From NCBI GenBank assembly GCA_017308135.1, contig JAFKFM010000006.1, positions 1,724-65,723 of the forward strand: a stretch of DNA of 64,000 bases. Reading direction: 5' to 3'. The translations under genes were made by a program, and so were the position numbers. How positions within the stretch are numbered: the first letter of the stretch is position 1; the number at the start of each line of letters is the position of its first letter. Source of the stretch: Alphaproteobacteria bacterium (lineage in GTDB: Bacteria; Pseudomonadota; Alphaproteobacteria; CACIAM-22H2). Under the pieces are notes generated by a model. That model had not been told where the DNA came from. It was given only the letters and a program-made list of their open reading frames with translations, and ran no database searches. Shown here one piece after another: positions 53,739-63,347 of this stretch.

Positions 53739-55058
53739 ATGTTCGCCCGTCACTTCGCCGCCGCCAGCCTCGCCGCCACGCTTGCCTTCGTGTCGCCGGT
53801 TTCAGCGCAAGCTCCGCAAAGCGGCGGCGGCTCGGAAACCTTCCGCCTGCTTCAATTGTTCGGCGACGTGTTCGAGATCGTGCGCAGCGAGTATGTCGAG
53901 GAAGTGCAGGACCGCAAACTGGTCGAAGACGCGATCAACGGCATGCTGACCTCGCTCGACCCGCACTCGTCCTTCCTCAACGCGCGTTCGTTCCGCGACA
54001 TGCAGGTGCAGACGCGCGGCGAGTTCGGCGGGCTTGGCATCGAAGTGACGATGGAGAACGGCCTGGTGAAGGTCGTGTCGCCCATCGACGACACGCCCGC
54101 TTTCCGCGCCGGATTGAAGCCCAACGACTTCATCGTCATGCTCGACGGCGAGCCGGTGATGGGCATGACGCTGCAGGACGCGGTCGAAAAGATGCGCGGG
54201 CCCGTCAACAGCCAGCTCAAGGTTTTGATCCGCCGCGGCGAGGCGCAGCCCTTCGAAGTGACGCTGACGCGCGCCGTGATCCGCATCCAATCGGTGCGCA
54301 GCCGTGTGGAAGGCGATATCGGCTATGTGCGCATCACCAGCTTCACCGAGCAGACGGACGTGGGCTTGCGCAACGCCATCCAGCGCATCCGCGAGCAGCT
54401 CGGCGACAAGATGAAGGGCCTCGTGCTCGACATGCGCAACAATCCGGGCGGCTTGCTCGACCAAGCGATCGCCGTCTCCGACGCGTTCCTGGAACGCGGC
54501 GAGATCGTCTCGACCCGCGGCCGCCGGTCGGAGGAAGCGCAACGCTACAACGCGCGCGCGGGCGATCTTCTGGGCGGCATGCCGATGGTCGTGCTGATCA
54601 ATGGCGGCTCGGCGTCGGCGTCGGAAATCGTCGCGGGCGCGTTGCAGGACCATCGCCGCGCGATCCTGCTCGGCACCAAATCCTTCGGCAAAGGCTCGGT
54701 CCAGACGATCCGCCCCGTGGGCAACCAGGGTGCGATTCGCCTGACGACCGCGCGCTACTACACGCCGTCGGGCCGGTCGATCCAGGCGCAGGGCATCGAG
54801 CCCGATATCGCCGTCGAGCAAGCGCGCATCGAAGTGACGCCGACGGGGCCGGTGCGCCGCGAGGCCGATCTGCGCGGCGCCTTGCGCAACCCGCAAACGC
54901 CCGCCAACGGCCAAGCCCCCGCGGCACCAGCCGCCCCGCAAGCCGCCCCGGCGCCGCAAAGCGACGAACCGCCCGCCGAGGGCGCGCAAGACTACCAGCT
55001 CAGCCGTGCGCTCGATCTGCTGCGCGGCCTCGCGCTGTTCCAGCAGCGCGCGAACTGA
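53739..55058 (+). CDS. ctpA: Carboxy-terminal processing protease (S41)
   Basis: PDZ domain plus S41 catalytic region (GGSASASEIVAGALQDH...KSFGKGSVQT). A good RBS (AAAAGGAAC) is present. Confidence 0.9.
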   Translation: MFARHFAAASLAATLAFVSPVSAQAPQSGGGSETFRLLQLFGDVFEIVRSEYVEEVQDRKLVEDAINGMLTSLDPHSSFLNARSFRDMQVQTRGEFGGLGIEVTMENGLVKVVSPIDDTPAFRAGLKPNDFIVMLDGEPVMGMTLQDAVEKMRGPVNSQLKVLIRRGEAQPFEVTLTRAVIRIQSVRSRVEGDIGYVRITSFTEQTDVGLRNAIQRIREQLGDKMKGLVLDMRNNPGGLLDQAIAVSDAFLERGEIVSTRGRRSEEAQRYNARAGDLLGGMPMVVLINGGSASASEIVAGALQDHRRAILLGTKSFGKGSVQTIRPVGNQGAIRLTTARYYTPSGRSIQAQGIEPDIAVEQARIEVTPTGPVRREADLRGALRNPQTPANGQAPAAPAAPQAAPAPQSDEPPAEGAQDYQLSRALDLLRGLALFQQRAN

Positions 55059-55087
55059 GCGCGGGCGTTTAGGATCGGAATCAGGGC

Positions 55088-56440
55088 ATGGCGGCGACAG
55101 ACGAGTCCGATCCGCCGCCCTTGCCGCCCGCAAGCCCCAAGCCGGCCCCGGCGCGAACGCGCAAGCCGCCGCTGCTGGCACTCGCGTGGATTCTGCTGAT
55201 CGGCGCCGTCGCCGGTTACGTGCTGTGGGCGCAAACGCAGACGCCGGAGAGCGAGCTCGATCTCGGCGATCCGGTCGTCGCGATGGTGCGCTTGCCGACA
55301 CCGGCGGTGACCGCCCCCGTTCCGCCGCCGCCCGCTCCGGAGCCCGCACCGGCGCCGACACCCGAACCCGTTGCAGCACCCGAACCGCCGCCGGCACCGG
55401 TTCCTGCCCCGACGCCTGAGCCCGCCCCGCAAGCGACAGCGCCCGCTGCACCGGTCACACCCCCGGCCCCGCCGCCGGCGGCAACCCCGACGGCCCCGCG
55501 TCCGATCGCGCCCGCCCCGCCCGCACCAATTCAAACGGCACCGGCAGCACCGGTAGCGACACCTTCCCCTGCTCCGGCACCAACGCCTGCGCCAGCACCG
55601 CAGCAGCAAGCCGCGCGCCCGGCCGCCCCGCCGTCATTGGCGCCGTTGCCGCCGCGCGACGTGGAAGCACCGACTTGGGTGCGGTTCGCGCGTCCCTTCG
55701 ATCCGGAAGAAAAGCGCCCGCGCATCGCGATCGTGCTGACGGATCTGGGCAAGAGCCAGGCGGCAAGCAACGCCGCGATCCAGAATCTTGGCGGCGCCAT
55801 TACGCTCGCCTTCAGCCCTTACGCCGATAACCTGACGCAATGGGTGGCGCTGGCGCGCGCGGCCGGTCACGAAGTGCTGTTGAACGTGCCGATGGAGCCC
55901 GCCGATTTCCCCGCGACCGATCCCGGCCCGCAAACGCTGCTGACCACGTTGTCGGCGCGCCAGAATCTCGAACGGCTCGACGGCTTGCTCGGCCGCGCGC
56001 AAGGCTATGTCGGCATCGCGACGGCGGCGGGCTCGCGCTTCACCACGTCGGCCGACGCGATGCGCCCCGTCGTCGACCGGATGTTCCAGCGCGGTCTGCT
56101 GCTGCTCGATTCGCGCACCGCGCAGAACTCGCTCGCCGCGCGCGTGGCCGACGACGTGGGCGTACCGCGCGTCTATGCCGATCGCATCATCGATACCGAA
56201 GCCTCGCGCCCCGCGATCGACCGCGCGCTCAACGATCTGGAACGCATCGCGCGCCAGAACGGTGTCGCCGTGGGCATCGGCCAGCCTTTCCCGGTGACGT
56301 TCGAACGCCTGATCAATTGGCTGGCGCTGGTCGAGAATCGCGGCTTCGTACTCGCCCCCGTTTCGGCCGTGGTCAATCGGCAACCGGCCCCCGGGGCCGC
56401 CCCGGCGCCCGCGACCGCACCCGCCGCCCAGCAACGATGA
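55088..56440 (+). CDS. Divergent polysaccharide deacetylase (YibQ-like) with long Pro/Ala-rich linker
   Basis: N-terminal TM segment, about 130 aa of PAPEPAPAPTPEP-type low complexity, and a YibQ-like C-terminal domain. Confidence 0.75.
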   Translation: MAATDESDPPPLPPASPKPAPARTRKPPLLALAWILLIGAVAGYVLWAQTQTPESELDLGDPVVAMVRLPTPAVTAPVPPPPAPEPAPAPTPEPVAAPEPPPAPVPAPTPEPAPQATAPAAPVTPPAPPPAATPTAPRPIAPAPPAPIQTAPAAPVATPSPAPAPTPAPAPQQQAARPAAPPSLAPLPPRDVEAPTWVRFARPFDPEEKRPRIAIVLTDLGKSQAASNAAIQNLGGAITLAFSPYADNLTQWVALARAAGHEVLLNVPMEPADFPATDPGPQTLLTTLSARQNLERLDGLLGRAQGYVGIATAAGSRFTTSADAMRPVVDRMFQRGLLLLDSRTAQNSLAARVADDVGVPRVYADRIIDTEASRPAIDRALNDLERIARQNGVAVGIGQPFPVTFERLINWLALVENRGFVLAPVSAVVNRQPAPGAAPAPATAPAAQQR

Positions 56441-56922
56441 AAACCGTCACATTGGCCGATTATCGTCCCGGCGTGGGACTGATGCTGTTCGACCGCAAAG
56501 GTCGCGTCTTCGTCGCGCGCCGCAACGACACGCCGGACGCCTGGCAAATGCCGCAAGGCGGCATCGACGACGGCGAGGACCCGCGCGCGGCGGCCTTGCG
56601 CGAGCTCGCCGAGGAGACGGGCGTGACCAACGCCGAAATCGTCGGCGAGAGCGAAGACTGGATCGCCTACGACCTGCCCGAAGAATTGCGCAAGAAAGTC
56701 TGGAAAGGCCGTTATCGCGGCCAGCGCCAGAAATGGTACGCGCTTCGCCACCTCGGCAAAGACTCCGACATCGACCTCAACGCGCATGAGGCGGAGTTCG
56801 ACGCTTGGCGCTGGGCGGCCCTCGACGAACTCGAATCGCTGATCGTGCCGTTCAAGCGCGACCTCTATCGCCGCGTCGTCGCCGAACTCGGGCCCATCGT
56901 GCGCAAAGCCGTCGCGCCATGA
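56437..56922 (+). CDS. rppH: RNA pyrophosphohydrolase (Nudix)
   Basis: Nudix box GGIDDGEDPRAAALRELAEETG. ATGA overlap with the yibQ-like stop. Confidence 0.85.
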   Translation: MKTVTLADYRPGVGLMLFDRKGRVFVARRNDTPDAWQMPQGGIDDGEDPRAAALRELAEETGVTNAEIVGESEDWIAYDLPEELRKKVWKGRYRGQRQKWYALRHLGKDSDIDLNAHEAEFDAWRWAALDELESLIVPFKRDLYRRVVAELGPIVRKAVAP

Positions 56923-57983
56923 GCGAACTGGTTTTGTCCGGTGTGGCGAAAAGCTTCGCCACCGCCCAAGGCGGAACTGTCCGTGCGTTGGAGCCGACCG
57001 ACCTCAACATCGCGAACGGCGAGTTCGTCGCGTTGCTCGGCGCTTCGGGCTGCGGCAAATCCACGCTGCTGCGCCTCGTCGCCGGATTCGAAACGCCCGA
57101 TCGCGGCACGATCGCGCTGGGGTCGCGCATCGTATCCGGCGGGGCATCGCATGTGCCGCCCGAAGAACGCCGCGTGGGCATCGTGTTTCAATCCTACGCG
57201 CTGTGGCCGCATATGAGCGTGGGCCGCAATGTCGGCTACGCGCTGGAAGTGGCGCATGTACCCGACGCGAAGCGCAAGGCGCGCATCGCCGAAGCGCTCG
57301 CCAGCGTCGACCTCGCCGGTTACGAGGACCGCAAACCCGCCGAATTGTCGGGCGGCCAGCGTCAACGCGTGGCGCTTGCGCGCTGCTTGGCGATGGACCC
57401 GGCGATCGTGCTGCTCGACGAGCCGCTCGCCAATCTCGACGTCCATCTGCGCGCCTCGATGCTCGAAACCTTCGCGGCGTTTCATGCCAAGACGAAGGCG
57501 ACGATGCTCTACGTCACCCACGATCAGGCCGAAGCGATGGCGCTGGCCGATCGCATCGCCGTGATGGAAGCCGGCCGCATCGTTCAATTTGCGGACCCAC
57601 GGACTCTCTATCGCGAGCCCGCGACCGCCACGATCGGCGCCTTCGTCGGGCGCGGCGCCATCGTCAAAACCGAAATGCTGGCGGCGGAAGGCGGCAAAGC
57701 GGGGATCGAACTTTACGGGCGGCGTTTCCGCGTGCGCTGTGCGGGCGATCGCGCCCCGGGCCCCGCGTCGCTCGTATTGCGGCCCGAAGACCTCGCCCTC
57801 GCTGCCGACGGTTTTCCCGCGACGATCAAACGCGCCGCGTATGTCGGCGGATCGTGGGATATCGACGCCGTGCCCGACGCCGATCCCGCCGCGTTGCTGC
57901 GTTTGTCGCTGCCCGACGACGGCCACCCGCATGCGGGCGACAAAATTGCGCTGGGCCTCGTCGACGGCTGGGTGACGGACTAG
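56919..57983 (+). CDS. ABC transporter ATP-binding protein (FbpC/PotA-type importer ATPase with C-terminal TOBE-like domain)
   Basis: Walker A GASGCGKST, signature LSGGQRQRVALAR and Walker B ILLDEP. The start is coupled to the rppH stop (ATGA). Confidence 0.9.
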   Translation: MSELVLSGVAKSFATAQGGTVRALEPTDLNIANGEFVALLGASGCGKSTLLRLVAGFETPDRGTIALGSRIVSGGASHVPPEERRVGIVFQSYALWPHMSVGRNVGYALEVAHVPDAKRKARIAEALASVDLAGYEDRKPAELSGGQRQRVALARCLAMDPAIVLLDEPLANLDVHLRASMLETFAAFHAKTKATMLYVTHDQAEAMALADRIAVMEAGRIVQFADPRTLYREPATATIGAFVGRGAIVKTEMLAAEGGKAGIELYGRRFRVRCAGDRAPGPASLVLRPEDLALAADGFPATIKRAAYVGGSWDIDAVPDADPAALLRLSLPDDGHPHAGDKIALGLVDGWVTD

Positions 57984-58037
57984 CCGTCCGTCAGGCGGCT
58001 TGTGGCGCGGCTGCCGCAAAAAGTATAGAATGCGCGC

Positions 58038-58268
58038 ATGAATCCGATGTCCCGCATCACCATCCGCGCCGAACAATGCCACGGTCAGCCCTGCATCCGT
58101 GGCATGCGCATTCGCGTGACCGACATCCTTGAGATGCTGGCCGGCGGCATGACGCATGCCGAGATTTTGGCGGACTACCCCTATCTCGAAGCGGACGACA
58201 TCACCGCCGCGCTGGCCTATGCCGCGCGCGAAATCGGGCACCCGGTCGTCACGTCGGCCGCCGAGTGA
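58038..58268 (+). CDS. DUF433 family putative antitoxin
   Basis: 76 aa matching the DUF433 pattern (RITIRAEQCHGQPCIRGMRIRVTDILEMLAGG). Confidence 0.7.
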   Translation: MNPMSRITIRAEQCHGQPCIRGMRIRVTDILEMLAGGMTHAEILADYPYLEADDITAALAYAAREIGHPVVTSAAE

Positions 58269-58585
58269 TATTCCTCGTCGATGCCCAATTGCCGCCGCAG
58301 TTGGCCGTATGGTTGCGTAACGCCGGACACGACGCCCATCACGTTCAGGAAGTCGATCTACGCGATGCGGCGGATTCCGCCATCCGCGCCTACGCCGCCG
58401 GGATCGGCGCGATCGTCGTCACGAAGGATCGCGACTTCACACCGGCCGGCGAAACAGCGATCAAGGTGGTTTGGGTCCGCACCGGTAATCTTGGCACGCG
58501 CGCCTTGATCGACCGAATGGAATTGGCCTTGCCGCAAATCCTGGCGCACTTCGCCGAAGGCGCTAAGCTCGTCGAGCTTCGCTAG
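58265..58585 (+). CDS. DUF5615 family PIN-like putative toxin
   Basis: MIFLVDAQLP...VVTKDRDF; 4-bp overlap with the DUF433 gene. Confidence 0.7.
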   Translation: MIFLVDAQLPPQLAVWLRNAGHDAHHVQEVDLRDAADSAIRAYAAGIGAIVVTKDRDFTPAGETAIKVVWVRTGNLGTRALIDRMELALPQILAHFAEGAKLVELR

Positions 58586-58587
58586 CG

Positions 58588-60289
58588 CTAATTCGCCCAG
58601 GGCAAGGTGCCCTTGGGCAAGCGATGCGCGATAAGGCCGAGGATCAGCATCAGCACGATCACGGCGGCGACGGCGAGCGTGGACACGGCGGCGGCCAGCG
58701 GCGAGTCGCCGCCTTCCTGCAACGAAAACACCATCACGCCCAGCGTTTCCGAGCCCGACGACCAGAGAAGCGCCGAAACGGTGAGTTCGTTGAGCGCGGT
58801 GAGGAACACCAGGATGGCGCCCGCCCCGGCGGCCGGCGCGACCATCGGCAAGGCGACGTCGCGCAAGCGCCGCCCGAACCCCGCCCCGGCGGCGGCGGCG
58901 GCTTCGTCCAACGCCGGATCGAGCTGCGCGAAGGCCGCACTCACGGGGCGCAACGCCAGCACCATGAAACGCGCGACATAGGCGAGACCGATGATCCACA
59001 GCGTGCCGTAGATCGACACGCCCAGAATCGGCAGCGGGCGAATGAAGGTGAGGATCGTCGCGATCGCCAGCACGATGCCGGGCAGCGCGTAGGGCAATTC
59101 GATCAACGTATCGAGCAGCTTGACCAGCCTTGTGCGCCGCCACGCGGCGAAGTAGGCGATCGGCATGGCGAGCATCACGCACAGCAGCGCCGCGATTCCC
59201 GCCAGCAGGAAGGAATTGCCGAAGGCGCGCGACACCGCGCTTTGGCGGAAGGCTTCGACATAGGCGCGCAACGTCATCGTGGTCGCGTCGAGCGTCACGC
59301 CGATCGCGGGTACGAGCGATTGCGCGATCAATGCGACGAACGGCACGATCGCGGCGAAGACCAGCGCCGTCCACAAAAATATCTCGACGCCCAAGCGCGC
59401 TTTGCCCAAATGCCACGGTTCCAACGGCATCGAAGCGCCGGACACGCGCGCGTCGAGCGCGCGGCGCGCATGGGCGTGCAGCCACAGCATGGCAAGCGCG
59501 AACACGCCGATCAGCGCCGACAACGTCGCGGCTTGCGCCAGCACCGACGGGCCGAATCCGGCCAGACGCTGATAGATGAGCGTGACGAGCGTCGTGTACG
59601 AGACCGGAATGCCGAGCAAAGCGGGCGTGCCGAAATTGCCGATGCTCGACACGAAGGCGAGCAAACCGCCCGCCATAATCGCCGGGAACATCAACGGCAG
59701 CACGACCGTGCGCGCCACCACGATTCTTGTGGCGCCACAACCGCGCGCGGCTTCGATCGCTTCGCGCGGCAAAGCGCGAAGCCCCGCGCGCACCGCCAAG
59801 AACACCAAGGGCGCATGTTCGAGGCCGAGCAGCCAGGAAATGCCGAAGCGGCCATAGAGCGGATTTTCCGAACCCGGCGGCGGCGCCAAGCCGAACGCGC
59901 CGAGCAACGCGCTTTGCGGACCCGCCATGTTGATCCAGGCCAGCGCCGCGATCTGCGAGGGCACGACCAGCGGCAACACGAACACGAAGATCAATGCCGC
60001 CTTGGCGCGAATATCGGTCAACGCCACGACCAGCGCGAAGCCCACGCCCAGGAACAGCGAGATCGCCGTCCCCATCACCGAGGTTTCGAGCGTATTCCAC
60101 GCCGCGCGCCAGGTGGCGGTCGCAGTCAAGGCGCGCGTGGCGATGGAAAGATCGAAGCCGCCGCCCCGCGGGGCGACGGCTTCATAAAGCAATCTGGCGA
60201 GCGGCCAGAGCGAGACCAGCGCCACGATCCCGGCGAGGGCGAAGAGCCAGCGGCGCTCGTCCGCCCCCGTCCGGATCGCGGAAAAGCTC
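58588..60289 (-). CDS. ABC transporter permease, fused two-domain FbpB/ThiP-type
   Basis: Two sets of 6 TM helices, each with an EAA-like loop. The GTG start overlaps the stop of the upstream substrate-binding-protein gene. Confidence 0.8.
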
Positions 60290-61271
60290 ACTTGCCGAAC
60301 AGATCGGCGAAGCGTTCCTTGTCGGCTTCGTCGCTGCGCAGAATGTCCGCGATCGGAATCGGCATCAGCTTGACGTTCGACAGGACCGGGAAACCTTCCG
60401 GCGCCTTCACTTCGTTGGAGACCGGCAGCATGCCCTGGCTCGCGGCCAAAGCCTGACCGTCGACCGACAGCACGAAATCGACGAAGGCGCGCGCGGCGGC
60501 CTGGTTCTTCGCCGTACGCAGGATCGCGACCGGCTCGGTCACGAAGGTCGATCCGTCGCGCGGGAACACGAACTCGACCGGCGAGCCCTTCTTGTTCGCG
60601 TTGATCGCCATGAAGTCGACGATCACGCCGTAGAGCTTCTGGCCGCCGGCGACGGCTTCGAGCACGGCGGGATTGCCGCGCGCGGCCTGGGCGCCGTTGG
60701 CCTTCAAGGTCTCGTACCATTTCCAGCCGAGATCGGGCTGGCGCACGACGGCCCCCATATGAATGGCGGCGGCACCCGAGAACAACGGCGAGGGCATCAC
60801 GACCTGGCCGCGCGCTTCGGCCTTGGCGAGATCGGCCCAGCTCGTCGGCTTCATCGCCGCCGATTTGTTGTAGACGATGCCCGTGGTGATAAGCTTCGTG
60901 CCGAAATAGGTTTTGCCCGCGTCGAAGCTGCCGGCGGGCAAGCCATCCGTCTTCGCCTGGGTATAGGGCAGCAGCTTGTTTTCCGCCTTCAGCGATTCCA
61001 TCGTCATCGCATCGGCGATCAGCAGCACGTCGGGCTGCGGATTGCCGGCGACGAATTCGGCTTGAAGCCGGTTCATCAACTGCGTGGTGCCGTCGCGGGT
61101 GAAGGTCACCTCGACGCCCGGATGCACCTTCCGGAACGCGTCGATCGTCGCTTGCGCGTCGGCCTGCGGCTGCGAAGTGTAGAGCACCAGCTTGCCCGAG
61201 GGCGCTTGCGCGGCGGCGGGAAGAATGGTCAGCGCCGCGAAGGCGGCAACGAGAACGGAACGACGGAACAT
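60288..61271 (-). CDS. ABC transporter periplasmic substrate-binding protein (family 1, Fe3+/thiamine-like)
   Basis: Signal peptide MFRRSVLVAAFAALTILPAAAQA; 327 aa. Confidence 0.85.
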   Translation of the reverse strand: MFRRSVLVAAFAALTILPAAAQAPSGKLVLYTSQPQADAQATIDAFRKVHPGVEVTFTRDGTTQLMNRLQAEFVAGNPQPDVLLIADAMTMESLKAENKLLPYTQAKTDGLPAGSFDAGKTYFGTKLITTGIVYNKSAAMKPTSWADLAKAEARGQVVMPSPLFSGAAAIHMGAVVRQPDLGWKWYETLKANGAQAARGNPAVLEAVAGGQKLYGVIVDFMAINANKKGSPVEFVFPRDGSTFVTEPVAILRTAKNQAAARAFVDFVLSVDGQALAASQGMLPVSNEVKAPEGFPVLSNVKLMPIPIADILRSDEADKERFADLFGK

Positions 61272-61349
61272 GAGGGACGGGCTCCCGGTTTCGGGGTTAG
61301 GAACGTGCCCCGATTACCCGCCTTCGGTTACACGCTTGTGACAGATCGT

Positions 61350-62165
61350 TCAAGCGCCCGCGCGCGCCAAAGACGCCGCCCGGCGGGTCATGAAGGCCGT
61401 GGCCAGCGCCGCGATCGGGCGCTGCAACGCGCCGTTCGACGGCAGGCCCACCGCCTTCAGCACCATCGCGATGCCGCGATCGATATGCTTGCGGCGATAG
61501 ACCGAATAGGCCCGGCGCGCATAGGCGCGCGCGGCGACCGCGCGGTCGTAAGGCTCGGGCCACATATTCGCGGCGTAATAGGCGTAGGACAATTCATCGT
61601 CTTCGGACTCCGCAATGCGTCCGAGACCGGTCCACACGCGCTTCATTCGGCCGATCTTGTCGCGTTCCAGGTAACGCTGCATGTGGTCGTAGAAAAGCTT
61701 GTAATGACGGAACTCGTCGGCCGCGATTTTGCGGCATATTTGCGCGAAGACCGGCTCGTCCGACGCCTCGGCGAGCGCGGTGTAATAGGAACTCGTGCCG
61801 GTTTCGACGATGCAGCGCGCGATCAACTCGCCCGCCCGGCTGCCGCGCACCGACGCCGTCGCATCCAAGGGCAGCTTGTAGCCGTCGGTGAATCGCTTGA
61901 ACGACGCGTCGAAATCCCAGGCCGGGTCGGCCAGCGTCGCCCATTTGGCGAGCGCCTTGCCGTGCTGGATCTCCTCGACTGCCCAGGCATCGACCGCCGG
62001 GCGGATCGCCTCGTCGCCGGCGAACACGTTGTTGAGATAGACGGCGTAGTCGGCCCCGTTATGCTCGACCATCGCGGCGGCCTTGGCGACCGCGAGCAGA
62101 TCGGGATCGACCCGATCCGCGCGGAATGCGGCCCAATCGATATCGTCGAGAGTCCAACCCGCCAT
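61350..62165 (-). CDS. Ferritin-like domain-containing protein
   Basis: 271 aa starting at MAGWTLDDIDWAAF. The upstream 317 aa of the track ORF are antisense to the aldo/keto reductase gene region and are rejected. Confidence 0.65.
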   Translation of the reverse strand: MAGWTLDDIDWAAFRADRVDPDLLAVAKAAAMVEHNGADYAVYLNNVFAGDEAIRPAVDAWAVEEIQHGKALAKWATLADPAWDFDASFKRFTDGYKLPLDATASVRGSRAGELIARCIVETGTSSYYTALAEASDEPVFAQICRKIAADEFRHYKLFYDHMQRYLERDKIGRMKRVWTGLGRIAESEDDELSYAYYAANMWPEPYDRAVAARAYARRAYSVYRRKHIDRGIAMVLKAVGLPSNGALQRPIAALATAFMTRRAASLARAGA

Positions 62166-62306
62166 GACCGTTCCTTTGCTAATGACGGTTATATGGCGCC
62201 GAATACCGCAGCGCGCAAGGCCCCGCGTTGTCGCTGAAGCCCTTGTGAAAATTGCGGTTTTCGGGCACGACTTAGCGAAATCCTTCGTTCCCCGGAGCCA
62301 TATCCC

Positions 62307-63296
62307 ATGAAATTCGTCCCGCTCGGCCGTTCGGGCCTGATGGTCAGCCGCGTATGCCTTGGCGGCAATTCCTGGGGGGCCGCCGGGCGGCGCGCCTGGG
62401 CGGCGTTCGGGCCGGAGGAGTCGGCGCCGTTCTTCAAACGCGCCCTCGATCGCGGGATCAATTTCTTCGACACGGCCGACGCCTATAACCTCGGCGTCTC
62501 CGAAACGATCATGGGCGAGAAGCTGATCGGCCTTGTGCCCCGCGACGAACTCGTGATCTCGACCAAGGTCGGTTTGAAAATGGGCCCCGCGCCGAACGCG
62601 GTGGGTTTGGGGCGCAAACATCTCGTCGCCTCGCTCGACGCGCAATTGAAGCGCCTGAAGACCGATCATATCGACGTTTATCAGGTCCATCGCTTGGATG
62701 GCGTGACGCCGCTCGAGGAAGTGATGGCCACGCTCGACGGTTTCGTGCGCGCGGGGAAAGTCCGCTATATCGGCGGCTCGACGATGCCCGCCTATAAATT
62801 CGCGCAGATGATCGCCATCGCCGACGCGAAGGGCTATGCGCGCCCGATCGCGATGCAGAATCTGCATAACGCGATCCAGCGCGAGGAAGAGCGCGAGATG
62901 AACGCGCTCTGCTTGGAGCAAGGCGTGGGCTTGATCCCCTATTCGCCGCTGGCGCGCGGCTTCCTGGCCGGCAACCGCGTCAAAGGCGGGGGCGGCGACA
63001 CCGAGCGATCGAAGAACGACGCGGGTGCGAAGCCCGAAACCTATCGCGATTGCGATTGGGCGATCGCCGACGCGATCAAAGACATCGCCAAGATACGCGG
63101 CGCCAAGCCCACGCAAGTGGCGCTGCTGTGGCTATGGTCGAAACCCTATATGGCCGCCCCGATCATCGGATCGACCAAGCTCGAGCAGCTCGACGACGCG
63201 GCCGCCGCAGCCGATATGCCGCCGCTGACGGCCGACGAGGTTTCGCGCATCGAAACGCCGTATATTTGGCGGCCGCATCCGGGCTGGAACGGCTAG
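62307..63296 (+). CDS. Aldo/keto reductase
   Basis: FFDTADAYN and IDVYQVH motifs. Confidence 0.9.
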   Translation: MKFVPLGRSGLMVSRVCLGGNSWGAAGRRAWAAFGPEESAPFFKRALDRGINFFDTADAYNLGVSETIMGEKLIGLVPRDELVISTKVGLKMGPAPNAVGLGRKHLVASLDAQLKRLKTDHIDVYQVHRLDGVTPLEEVMATLDGFVRAGKVRYIGGSTMPAYKFAQMIAIADAKGYARPIAMQNLHNAIQREEEREMNALCLEQGVGLIPYSPLARGFLAGNRVKGGGGDTERSKNDAGAKPETYRDCDWAIADAIKDIAKIRGAKPTQVALLWLWSKPYMAAPIIGSTKLEQLDDAAAAADMPPLTADEVSRIETPYIWRPHPGWNG

Positions 63297-63347
63297 ACAA
63301 GCTTCGTTAATCTCTCCCCCAACGATCCGATAATTCGGGGGGAGCCT

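Noticed and set aside
61350-63116. 588-aa minus-strand ORF
   Set aside because: Only 61350-62165 is kept, as the ferritin-like protein starting at MAGWTLDD. The N-terminal 317 codons are antisense to the aldo/keto reductase gene.
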